Source of the DNA: Felis catus
Taxonomy: Eukaryota
Assembly (NCBI RefSeq): GCF_018350175.1
Contig: NC_058368.1
Span: 72,232,001 to 72,296,000 of the forward strand
Length of the DNA: 64,000 nucleotides
Direction: 5' to 3'
The translations under genes were made by a program, and so were the position numbers. Shown piece after piece: positions 27,030 to 39,300 of this stretch. The stretch's first letter is position 1. Every line of letters begins with the position of its first letter. The notes below the pieces were generated by a model. That model did not search any database, was not told where the DNA came from, and was given only the letters and a program-made list of their open reading frames with translations.

Positions 27030-30000
27030 ATAGACTTCACTTACTTATAGCAGTTTTAGATTTACTTAAAAATTGAGCAGATAACATAGAGAATTCCCAT
27101 TTGCCCCCCCCCCCCCCTCTCTGCACACTATCCCCTATTATTAACATCTTGCATTAGTGGGGTACATTTGTTACAACTGACGAATTAATGTTAGTATATT
27201 ATTATTAACTCAAGTCCATTCTTTGTGTTTTAAAGTTAGATGGATCTTGAAAACTACACAATATTATCTACCCACCATTACAGAATCATACAGGTTAGCC
27301 TCACCAATTTAAAAATCCATTAAGCTCTACCTATTTGACCCTCACTCCTCTCCTCTGAGCTCCTGGCAACCACTGATCTCTTTACTATCTCTACAGTTTT
27401 GTCTTTTCCAAAATGCAATATAGTTGGACTCATACAGCCTTTCAGAGTGGCTTCTTTCATTTAAAAATATGCATTTACTACTCCTCTGTGTCTCTTGGTG
27501 GTGTGATAACTCACTTATTTTTATTGCTGAATAATATTCCATTGTATGGATGGACCACAGTTTATCTCAAGCTGTGCCCCATGGAGGGGCATCTTGGTTG
27601 CTTCCAATTTTTATCAATTACGTATAAATCTTGAATTTGAGTAGTGTCAGTCCTCTGACTGTGTCCTTCTTCAGTGCTGTGTTGACTATTCTATTCTGGG
27701 TCTTTTGCCTTTCCATATAAACTTCAGAAACAGTTTGTTGATATCCACACTACAACATGCTAGAAGTTTGACTGGGATTGTGTTTAATCTATCCCTCAAG
27801 TTGGGAAGAACTAATATCTTTAATGCTCTGTTGATAGGTACATACACGTTAAGGATCGTTTCCTTGGAAATCGACCCCTATATAATTATGTAATGCCCCT
27901 CTTTCTCCCTGACAGTCAGCTTTGTCTTAAATTGATATGGCTACTTCTCTCTTTTTTTTTCCCTAGTGTTATCATGGTATATCTTTCCCCACCTCTTTAC
28001 TTTTAATTCATCTGGGTCTTTACAGTCAATGTGGGTTTCTTGTAGATAGCATATGGTTGAGTATTTTTTCTTGACTATCTTAGTTTCTGTCTGTTAATTG
28101 GTATATTTATACCATTAACATTTAAAGTAATTATTGATATACATCGATTAATATATAACATATTTATAACTGTTTTCTTTCAATGGAACCTTTTTATTTC
28201 TTGTCTTCTCTCTTTTTGCCTTCTCTGGTTTTAATTAGGCATTCTATGTGAGTCCATTTTTACTCCTCTCTTAGTAGATTAATTACATTTCTTTAAAAAT
28301 ATTAGTGGTTGCCTTATAGTTTACAATATACATTTACAACTAATCTAAGTCCACTTTCAAATAACACTGTCCTACTTCACAGATAGTGTAGGTTCCCTCT
28401 TCCTTTCTCCTCTCCATTGTGGTTATTCACCTCACTTACCTATAATCCATATCCATCTAATAAATTGTCACTATTATTATTTTCAACAAACAAGTATCTA
28501 TTGGGTCAGTTAAGAATAAAAAAATAAAATATTTTATTTACTTCCATTTACTCCTTTTCCAATATTCTTCTTTATGTAGATCTGAGTATTTGATCTGTAC
28601 CATTTTCCTTCTCTAAAGAACTTTTATCATTTCTTGCAAAGCAGTTCTACTGACAGAAAATTCTCTGATTTTGTTTCACTGAGGAAGTTTTTTATCTGGA
28701 TAATACCTCTGGATATAAAATTCTAGGTTGTTTTTTTTTTTCTTTCAACACTTTAAATATTTCACTTTACTCCCCTCTCACTTGCATAGCTTCTGAAAAG
28801 AGGTCCAATATAATTCTTATTCTTATTCTTCTACAGGTAAGGTGTTTATTTTCCCTTTGGCTTCTTTCAATATTTTATCTTTTCTATTGGTTATTCACAG
28901 TTTGAATATGATATACCCAGGTGTAGATATTTTTGTGCTTACTCTGCTTGTGTTATCTGAGCTTCCTTGATCTGTGATTTTGTGTCCAACATTAATTTTA
29001 GAAAATTCTCAGCCATTATTACTTCAAATATTTCTTCAGGCCCTTTTTCTCTTTCTTCTCCTTCTGGTATTCCCCTTACATGTATGTGAGACCTTTTGTA
29101 ATTGTCCCACAGTTCTCTGTCATTCTGTTTCATGATTTTCATTCTTTTTTCTCTTCCCATTTCACTTTGTGAGGTTACTGTTGACATCTTTTATCTCATT
29201 GTTTCTTGACTCAGTTGTGTCTAGTCTACCAATGAGCCTATGAAAGGCATTCTTCATTTCTGCTACAGTGTTTTTTATCTTTAGCATTTCTTTTTGAATC
29301 TTTCTTAGGATCTCCATCTCTCTGCTTATATTTCCCATTTGTTCTTGCATGCTGTCCACTTTCTCTATCACAGCACTCAGCAAATTAATTAAAGTATTTT
29401 AAATTCCAAATTATTTAGAAGCTACTAAGTCCCTGTCATACCTGAGTCTGGTTCTGATTTGTCTTGCTTGCTCTTGTCTCTTCAGATTGCATTTTTATTG
29501 CACTTTTATCAAGCCTTGTAATTTTTTTTGAAAGCTGGACATGATGTATTAGGTAACAGTAACTTAGAGCGATAGGCCTTTTGTGTGAAATTTTACGTTA
29601 ATCTGGCTGAGGGCTAGGCCATGTTTAATGTATGCTGCATCTGTAGGTGTTAGAGGCTTCAATTTCCTCTAGTGTCCTGGTTTCTGTCTTTCTTGCTGTT
29701 TTTAGGTTTCCCTAGAAATTCCTCCTAAATAGAATATGTGTCTTGCAGCTGAGTTGGAAGCCAGTTATTATTTTGCTGTCATTAATGTGATGATAAGGTA
29801 TTGGGGAAGAAAAATATTCTATAACTGTATAATTAAATCTCAGTGTTCTTTTTTTTAAGTTTATTTTTATTTTGAGAGAGATAGAGAACAAGCGATAGAG
29901 AGATAGAGAGAGGGAGACAGAATCCCAAGCAGGCTCCATACTGCCAGTGCAGAGCCTGATATGGGGCTAGAACTCACAAACCATGAGATCATGACCTAAG

Positions 30001-30660
30001 CTGAAACCAAGAGTTGGATGCTTAACCGACTGTGCCACCTAGAGCCCCAAATCTCAGTTTTCTTAGACCAAGTCATAGGCTGTGGCCTTCAGAAAGTTTC
30101 TTCACCTATTTTTCTCAGCTTATGTGATACAGGAAGGCCAGAGGGGGGCTCCACTCATCTACCTGCACTCTCCTTAGTTCAGACGAGGCTCTGGGAAAGT
30201 CGATATCCTCAAGGGCATGGCTTTATTATAGAGAACAGAAGGCTCTGGGTTTACTTCAGAAGGATTACTGCCTCTCCCCTGTGGGAAGCATGCGGGAATT
30301 TTTCTCTGATCTTCACCATAAGAACTTGGCAGGGCTTCTGATGGTAAAAGTCATGAAAGTGTGCCCCCACCCCTAAGACTGGAGGGATTTTTAACTCAAG
30401 CTCGTCCATGCCCAGCCTTCAGCAATTACCCAATTACAGTGTAAGTGCCTCTGGCTCTAGTGGCTTCTGCTCCTGGGGAGATAAGATTTTCTGTATTTGT
30501 CATCCCAACAATTTTCAAGGCAGTGCTTTGCTCTGTGACCCCAATTCTCCGTTGGACCTGAGAAGCATTGTTGACTTTTTTCAGAATTGTTGATTTTTAG
30601 TTTGTTTAGTTTGTTTTCTTCAGAAAACAAGATTGACAAATTCCAAGTTCTTTACATGTT
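27030..30660 (-). mobile_element. Old L1 (L1MC1-like 3' end) with 5' region, ORF1 and internally deleted ORF2
   Basis: 3'UTR about 27030-27630; ORF2 scraps 27630-28150; ORF1-like ORFs 28939..29187 (GIPEGEEREKGPEEIFEVIMAENF) and 29162..29383 (coiled coil); 5' boundary approximate. Confidence 0.8.
29849..30048 (-). mobile_element. SINEC nested in the old L1 5' region
   Basis: TSD aaatctcagt(g/t)ttct. Confidence 0.92.
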
Positions 30661-30763
30661 GGAGCAGAAATCAGAAGCTGTTAACTAACTTCTTTTTGAT
30701 TTAAGATATGGGCCAGAAATAACATGGGTAAATGAGCACGTTTGATTAAAAATAAGAATTCTA

Positions 30764-30972
30764 GGGGCACCTGGATGGCTCAGTCAGTTAAGTGTCTGAC
30801 TTCAACTCAGGTCATGAACTCACGGTTCATGAGTTTGAGCCCCGTATCGGGCTTTATGCTGACAGCTTAGAGCTTGGAGCCTACTTTGGATTCTCTCTCT
30901 CTCTCTTTCTCTCTCTCTCTGTACCTCCCCAACTTGTACTCTGTCTCTCTCCCTTAAAAATAAATAAAGGTT
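30764..30972 (+). mobile_element. SINEC
   Basis: GGGGCACCTGGATGG head; TSD aaaataagaattct. Confidence 0.93.
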
Positions 30973-33084
30973 AAAATAAGAATTCTTAAATTAATGTGTG
31001 CAGAGGCATGATTCCCTGCTCCTATGTAAGTTAGTCTGCTTGGTCACAATTTGGCCCATGTTCTAGTACGGCATAGGAATGAAAGGCCATCATTAGTACA
31101 AAGTAAGACTAGGTTGTGATAGTGAAGCCTATCCTGGCTGGCCCCAAGTCACTGTGTCGGAATCTTACTGGGCCATCTGTCATTTCCCCCACTAATAGCT
31201 GTTTCTCTTACACCTTAATATCTGCCTGTTTTTCTGCTTGATTTGAACAACAAACTCTAAGGCAACATTAAACACAGACAACATAGTAATAATAAGACTG
31301 TGGAGAAGGAGGAAGGAAAAAACACTCATTTGTGGGATATGGTTCAAGTATCCATTATATAACAGCACAACAAACTTAACCAAAGCCAAAAAGCTTTGGG
31401 CAGCTGTGATCCGGCCTGCTTATGCTTGGAATGAAGTCTTTCTATGCTCTCATGAGGCACACTGGCAAGACAGAGTTCCTATGGCCAGCAATCATTCCTT
31501 TCTAGCAAGTATCTGGGCTCAGGACATTAAAAGAGCAATCAGACATTTGCACTGTGGCTGATGAAGTGATCCTAACTTTTCATCCCTGGTAAGCAGAACT
31601 GCAGAAAAATCATCCCTGGAAATACCACCTAGTATCCAATACCCAGAGAAATATGTCTGGAATATGGAGTGATTATTTAAAGCTTTAATAGTCTTTCAAC
31701 TCATTACGCAGCAGGTATATAATCACACTCTTCCATCAGTCATTTATTATTATTATTGTTTGTTGATGCAACCCACATTATACAATTGATGGAGGGGTTT
31801 AATGAACATCCATCAAGAATTTATTCAACAATCCTGGATGTTTTATCTAACTCTTTTATCTGACTCATACCATGACTCTTTCCATCAGTGGTGTTTATTT
31901 ATGAATTGGGAATAAGCATCTACCTATGTGAGCTGTATTTTATACTTCTTTTAAACTTGAATAAATTTACTATTGTCTTCATGGACTAATATCAAATTTC
32001 TAGCACAAATTACTAAAGCTTAAAGAAGTACAAGGACTTCTATCAATGACATAGCTACTTTAGTGAAAAGGCTCTTTCATTTGGCCCATTTAATTTTTCT
32101 AGCCTTTTAACCCCTGTATTTTGACCTAGAATTCTTGAATATCTCTTACTTTAAAAAAAGGCAGCAGTCAAAAGATTGACTTCAAGGTTAAATCGTATTT
32201 GCATGAAAAATTCACACCCAACAATCTCTTGCTTTTTTCTTCCCCAAAGCTCTGCTTTTCAGGTATGCACTAATCAATTCTCTGTGATGTAGGACACACC
32301 ACTATTTATCTTATTCTATGGGTAGAGTATAGTCTTTTTAAAAGTTTCTCCAAGTTTTAAGGTTTAACATTTACTTTCCCTCCCCCTGTGGACTGCAAGA
32401 ACCACAAGAGTAATGACTTTGTCTTGCTCACCATCATGTTACTAGAGTGCGTGCCTGGCACATAAGGTAAACATGAAGGTAACAGAGCAGAGAGTGGGTT
32501 AGGTCAGGAAGAGGGGCTGGTGGAAACAAAGAGAAAATGGGCACAGGAGGGCAGGGTGTGTTGGACGGTGAGAAGAGTAGCAATTACAAAAGTCAGCAGA
32601 CTTTGAGAGCTGGCCAGGCTGCTCATCAGCCATCTTGGAGGGGATCCAGGTGTGGACTATCGGCATTAATTTCTATGAGGAGACGCTGCCTTGGGCCAAC
32701 TGGTGACCCACACCAGCCGCCAGGGCTCCCAAGGCTGGGATAGCAGACTTGCTCTGCCTGTTGAAGGATGCTCCATGGCCCTCATTTTACCATAGTTGCT
32801 TCGATTCCCAACTCCCCACCCCCCAATCCCTCAAACATCAGTCTAGCTTAGTAGCTTTACTTCTCCCCTGCAAGATCTTCATTCTATTGTCTCATTTGAC
32901 CTTCCCCAATAAGAGTCCTCCCTGAGGTGCATGAATCCATTGTCCTTCTCTCCACGTTGGTAAATCCTTGAGTCCAGTAGTGCTGGTGTTCACAGATCTG
33001 CATCCTCCACCTTGGATTCTGAACACTGTAATATGTCTCTATTCACTGATGTGGCTGGGCCCTGTGATGAGTTGGCAGAGACCA

Positions 33085-33245
33085 AGCTTCAGCTCATTTA
33101 TTCCTCACAGCCTTTTCTAGTACTATTAATCCCATTTTATAGATGAAGAAACTGGGGACAGAGAAGAATTAAGTTTTCTGTCCAAAGTTGTGTGGCAAGG
33201 ACGTGACAGAGGTGGGATTTGTACATGTGATCTTTTGAATGTCCT
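33085..33245 (-). mobile_element. MIR
   Basis: atcccattttatagatgaagaaactgggg...tgtccaaagttgtg core. Confidence 0.65.
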
Positions 33246-33326
33246 TTTAACCACGTGGTGCCTGACTTGATCTACACAAATGCTGCCATCACATCCATTT
33301 TTTTGACCTTTAAGAACCCAGGCTGC

Positions 33327-33429
33327 ACCTGCCTGCTTGAGATTCTCTCTCTCCCCCTCTCTCTGCCCCTACCTGACTTATTCTGTCTCTGTCTCTCTCA
33401 AAATAAATAAATAAATGTTAGGAAAAAAA
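33327..33429 (+). mobile_element. 5'-truncated SINEC (3' half only)
   Basis: CT tract and A tail between TSD aagaacc(c/t)aggctgc at 33312-33326 and 33430-33444. Confidence 0.85.
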
Positions 33430-33859
33430 AAGAACCTAGGCTGCCCCCTGATATTTTTGAGGTAAAAGGTGGGCTTTTGAAGAGATATCTCCAGTTGCTG
33501 GAAGAGTTAAGTATGCAGACCATGAACAGAACTTGCATAAATATCAGTGTCAATAAGAAGAAGTGAGTAGCTTCTTCTGGGCCATCACTGCCACGAACTT
33601 CTCAGTCAGAACAGGGTCTCAGCTCCATTTTCTTGTGCCATCACAGAGATCTCTGGTTGCCCAGCTCCTCTTCGTCTCATGGGGAAAAACCCATTGGGTC
33701 AGGAAGGTTAGGTTCCCAGCAGAACGATGGTAGGGTGGACTGTGTGGGACAGCTCCTGCCCAGGGAAATCATGGATGACGCCTGGCCACAAAGCCAGAGG
33801 GACAATAACCCTGAGCCTCCGGGAATTTCACAGACTTACACAGATGGAAAGAACCGTCC

Positions 33860-33985
33860 TGTTATATGCAAGGCTCTTTGTATGCAAGGCTCTATTCATA
33901 CACTACCATGGTCATTCTTACTGTTCGCATTTTATAAATGGGGAGACTGCAACTCAGTGAGGCTAAGAAACTTGCCCAAGGTCCC
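33860..33985 (-). mobile_element. MIR
   Basis: cattttataaatgggagactg...gaggctaagaaacttgcccaaggtc. Confidence 0.65.
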
Positions 33986-34656
33986 CCAGAAGTGACTGCC
34001 TGAAGCTGTATTCCCATGCTTTCCTCCAACTGTGTTCTTTCCACTCTGCCACGCATGTCTGAACTTTCTGAAAGTTCTCTTGGCTTGGTTTTGAGGAATT
34101 TGAACACATTCCTGTCTGGTATACTTTGCGAAAGCAAAATTCTGCTTTTAAAATCAAACAGACTAGCCCAAGGAAAGGGCAGGGAGGGAGGTGAAAATTC
34201 CTCCCTGTGTCTTTGGATTAGGAGTGGTTCTCTGTGTTTGTTCGGGGTGAGGAAAGAACGTTCATCTGCCATTTCTCCACCCCCACTAAGTTCCTCACAT
34301 TATTGTCTGGCAAGAGTAAATGGAGATAGTTTCTAACTCCAGCTTAAACACCCAAAATACAACAAAGTTGTAATTACTTTCACTTATGGGGAGAATCTAT
34401 TCGATAAATCAGGACACACACAAAATTTAAAAGCGACTCATGTAGTTTTGGGGTGTACCTGCTGGTCATTTAGCTGGACGACCTGAAATTCTGTAACTTT
34501 GTTCTGTGATGCAAATATAATCCTTTGAGAAGTAGAGCAGAAAACAGAGAAACGATTTACATAAAAAATAGATCTGTTTTTTACTTCCACTAAATGGGTA
34601 ATTTTAGAAGATATTTATAATCGACTGGGCATTTTGTCCCTTGCATAGTTAAGCCT

Positions 34657-35058
34657 GTGGCAGATCCTGTCGTCATTCCTCCAGACTCATTTTCCCCCCA
34701 GGCTGCTCAGCTGGAGAATATATTTCCTGGAATTTCCTGCAAGGAGGTGTGGCCCTGTGACAAAGTTCTCCCTGATGTGGGCAACTTCTAAGCCATCCAC
34801 AAAGGCTTTCACTGGATTCATTTTTCCCTTCTCTCCCGCCAGCTAGAAATAGAGAAGCCACGGGAAAACGTGGAACGTGTGTGTTGAGGATGGCAAGGCT
34901 GCCCCACGTGCTGTCTTTTGGGATGACCTCGTGGGCCAGGGCTCACCCATCAGCCACCCAAGACTATGACTTCAGAAAGAAATAAACTTGTATTTTAATT
35001 GCACTATTGCAATTTTGGCTTCTTTCTCTCGTAAGTTTACTTTACCCCAACTATTACA
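34657..35058 (+). mobile_element. Old ERVL/MaLR-type solo LTR (LTR16/MLT1-like)
   Basis: tgtggc start, ggtgtggccctgtgacaaagttct, gaaataaacttgtatt polyA region, ...aactattaca end. Confidence 0.6.
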
Positions 35059-35664
35059 CAGCCTAAAATTCAAAGTAGCTTGTTCCATGACCACTGTTCT
35101 CAGAAAGGCTGGTGTCCGGAAGAATGTCCGTCTAGAAAAATATGGTATCTGAAACTTTACCTACAGACATTTTATGATCTCATACAAATATGTGAAGCAG
35201 ATTTGATAGTTCAGGAAAATAAAACAAGGCAAAGTTCAAAAAGGCTTTCCATAAAACAGCTCTATTTTCCCCCACAAAAACCACTCTATTAACCTTGCCC
35301 TCAGTTACTGGCATGCTGAACCACAGGAATCCATACTCTACACATACTCTTAGCCCAAGAATGAATTCTAACCACAGCTCTTAAATAAAAGGTAAAATTA
35401 ACAATTTAATGTCACATAAAGACTTGCTTAAGATTCTTTGAAATGTTCAAAGGAGGTACTTTAAACATGAGATTGTTACTTTTTTAAATATAGGGTTTTG
35501 GTTTCATGGCTAAATGGTATGATTCAACAATATGAAGCGATCCATTATTTCTCAAGAATAAGAATTGTACTTTAATTTATCTCATTTCAGTGCTCTAAAA
35601 ACTTGCCAAACGAGTGTTATTTCTCGCTGAAAGATGTTAAGATATCGGCAAAGTCTGAAGAATA

Positions 35665-35666
<2 letters not shown>

Positions 35667-35708
<42 letters not shown>
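35667..35708. repeat. (AC)21 microsatellite
   Basis: Perfect dinucleotide run. Confidence 0.95.
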
Positions 35709-35712
<4 letters not shown>

Positions 35713-35868
35713 ACATTTCTAAAGTCAGTCACACCCACAGAAACTCACTTACTTGAAAGGACTACTACCAGTCTGAACCTTGTTAATCTAGGCAAATAAA
35801 TATGACAAATTTTTAGTACTGGAGTAGGATGTATTTTGGCAAGCCATCAAATGTACTTTGAACTCATT

Positions 35869-36109
35869 GGGGAGTCTGGGTGGCTCAGGAGGTGCCTGGG
35901 TGGCTCAGTCGGTTAAGCGTCCGACTTCAGCTCAGGTCACGATCTCACAGGTTTTGAGTTCGAGCCCTGCATTGGGCTCTGGGCTGACAGCTCAGAGCCT
36001 GGAGCTTGCTTCCGATTCTGTGTCTCCCTCTCTGTCCCTCCCCTGCTGGCACTCTGTCTTCCTCTCTCTCAAAAATAAATAAAAACATTAAAAAAATTTT
36101 TTGAAAACA
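35869..36109 (+). mobile_element. SINEC with duplicated 5' head
   Basis: TSD gtactttgaactca at 35853-35866 and 36110-36123. Confidence 0.93.
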
Positions 36110-36614
36110 GTACTTTGAACTCACAAGTGATGAGAGTAATGATGACCATCTCAGTGAGATATAAATCTGACTGTATGTAGTTTGACAAAATGTAGGGATG
36201 CATTGCCTTAACTGTCAATCAAAACATACTCATTGGCTACTTCCTCACATCAACCAACCTACATTCATTTTATCATTAGCAAAGATTCCTAAGGCAGTGT
36301 GTTTGATGACTTTCAGCAAGACTTCAGAATAATGTCACATAGAGTAAGTGGAATTTGAATCATGCAGCCAAACTTTTGCAAATCTGATCGTTTTATTTTA
36401 TAGGGAATATGCTCATCTCAGCCACTGTTGACTTTGCTTATTTGACCAAAATTGAACAAGTCTCACTGACCCACTGTAGAGTCAAGGACTTGAGTTTTTA
36501 CAATCTAATCAGGTGTACTTTTCACTATTCAGTCAAGGCTTCTGCTTCAAAACAAAAAAAGGTAAGTGAAGAAATTCCACCAGCTACAGCATTACCTGCA
36601 CAAATCCCTCACAC

Positions 36615-37430
36615 TTAACATGTAAAAAAGCTGAAGTCCTCATCTTTCCCCACAAACACCGTTCTTCCAGAAGTCAACAGCAACTCTATCTAATCACTCA
36701 GGCCAAAAACCTTGGAGGGATCTTTCTCTTGTACTCAACCCGCACAGCATACCCAGAGTGCTCCCCCCATCCCCACTGCTACTATGCAAATCCAGATGAC
36801 CACCTCTCCCTTGCATTATCACAACAGTCCCCCACTGTCCCTTCAACTCAGTAAGCAGGGCATTTCTGATCAGCTTCAGTTTCTCCTCTGTTCAAAATCA
36901 CTCCCATGGCTCCCCATCTCACGTAAGAGTAAAAACCAAACGTACTGCATTGACCTGTGCGGCTCTATACCATCTGCCCTTGTTGATTTTCTGACCCTGT
37001 TCCCCCTTTACTCTCAAGACATGAGCCTCCTCATATCAAGAGAGAATAGGAGCACACTCCCTTTTGGGGGTCTTTGCCCTGAATGCACCATCTGCTTTGT
37101 ACAATCCTCCCCGCGAGAGCCACGTGGCGCGTCCCCTCCCATCTATCACATTTTTATTCGAAGGCAGCCTTTGTGGTCACCCTATCCAAAACTGCAACCC
37201 CGGAACACAGCATCCCCTCTCCCCCTCCTCATCCCCTCACCCCCTCACCTCTGCTTTTCCTTTTCTTCCTGTCACCATTTAATGCACCACTTATTTTACT
37301 TGTTTGTCCTGATTATTTCCTGTTTCTTCATGTAGAATTTGTAGGCTCAACAAAGGCAAGGACTTCTTGTCTCTTTTGTTCCCTATATCGTAGCATGTCC
37401 CCAATACAAATTGTTGAATGCTGAATAAAT
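36615..37430 (+). mobile_element. L2 3' fragment
   Basis: L2 motifs (caggccaaaaaccttggag, ccatggctccccatctcac, ...aaattgttgaatgctgaataaat). Confidence 0.75.
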
Positions 37431-39059
37431 AAAAATATTTTCTCAAATAATTGATTGGCCAGGAAGGGAACTCAGAAAAATAGTAAAAAACACATGCACA
37501 TCTACTGGCAAGAAAATAAGATCAGGATTGAATCAAGTAATAGAATATGGAATGTGTAAAACTCTCGTTAGTTATTAGCTAGGGGCATGAATCAGAGAAA
37601 TAGCAAAAACAAAAACAAAAACAAAGAAAAAAAGGAGAAAGAAAGAAAAGAAAAAAAAAAGCCCAACAAACCATGGGAGTACATGTGAAACTGTGAGGCA
37701 GGGGCCAGACTAATGTAGGAACAGGTGGCATTTTCCTAATGTGTTCCCTCTATGGCAGATGGTGTCTATAGTTTATAGCCCACATATTTCTATCACTGTG
37801 AGTTCTCTAGTCACTAGTAAAATACAACCACACCCAGGGGACAGCCACACTACAGCACATCTTTCTCCTCCATCACCCACATATGCCCAGGAATCATTCT
37901 GTTCTCTATTCTCTCCATTTGAACAAATGCACAGCAAAAAATTTTCAACGGAATACTAATCACAAATTATACTGATCAAAGTGAATTTCATACATCACAG
38001 ATATACTAACGTGGTGGAGACCCATCAACTAAGTTCCATGAACACCTCGACAGGATCCCATACAAAGGCAGGTCAGCGGAACTTTGCATTCAATGTGTCA
38101 CTTGGATGCTCGTGAGATCTGGTGGGTTGTCTGTCCTTATGATCTTATCCCAAGGCACACCTGTTAGTCACTCACACTTCTCACTGGTGGGCAGGGAACA
38201 ATACAATGAAGGTCCAAAACCTATGCTTCCTAAAAATCATCTCAACTGAAAACCTAAGGAAGAGATTTTCAAATGGAGAGAAAAGCTTTTCAAATGAAAA
38301 GGGCACAGGGAGAAAGACAGAGAGGGGCTTCAAGGAGTGACTCTTAGTCAATACAAAAACAAATGATCCCAGTAAAGAGGCTGAAGAAATTGCTAACGAA
38401 ACCCAGTTGACTACCGTGAGACTCTCTGAGGAGCTCATATTTCATGAATAAGAGGTACAAAAGGCAAAAGGCTGGATATGTAACCAAAAAAAAAAGCATT
38501 AGGTTGGTAAATGAGGTTGAAATTCATAAAATTTCTAACAAATAATGATTGTTGGCAATGTGGAGCATGAGGATAAAAAAGGGAGTGACTGAACTATTGC
38601 GTTGAGGAATATAATCATTAACTAACCTGGACAGGACACAATCAAGAGGAAACAGCTTAAAAAAAAAAAAAGGAACAGCTGATGAAGGGACATGATGGAA
38701 AGAAAAAGTGGGTAAGGTATCCTAACCACATGAATCCAAGAGCACCATGTAATGGTTATCAAGTAAATTAGCAATAATTAAATAAGTTGTAATCCTTAAC
38801 AAATTGATAAACCTGAGAAGTATTCTGAAATTAGCAAAAAGCCAATGAGGCCTTGACTTTGAGAAAGAAAAATGGTCAATAGTATAAAATAACCATTACT
38901 CCTAGGAAGTCTAGACACTGCAGAGCTTTCTAAAGAGAAAGGGGAACCTGCCAAGGGCCAACAAACTCACCAAGAGGCCATTGATTCCAATCTGGTTTAC
39001 TTTCCTTTTTAAAGCTATATTTAGCTGTATTTTTTAGTTGTATTTAAAGCTGTATTTGA

Positions 39060-39300
39060 GGGGCGCCTGGGTGGCGCAGTCGGTTAAGCGTCCGACTTCA
39101 GCCAGGTCACGATCTCGCGGTCCGTGAGTTCGAGCCCCGCGTCAGGCTCTGGGCTGATGGCTCGGAGCCTGGAGCCTGTTTCCGATTCTGTGTCTCCCTC
39201 TCTCTCTGCCCCTCCCCCGTTCATGCTCTGTCTCTCTCTGTCCCAAAAATAAATAAAAAACGTTGAAAAAAAAATTAAAAAAAAATTAAAAAAAAAGAAA
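39060..39300 (+). mobile_element. Young feline SINE (SINEC_Fc type)
   Basis: Consensus-like, CpGs intact, long A tail; no TSD found. Confidence 0.96.

Noticed and set aside
36712..37335. 207-aa plus-strand ORF
   Set aside because: Lies within an L2 relic, has a TTG start and no domain signature.
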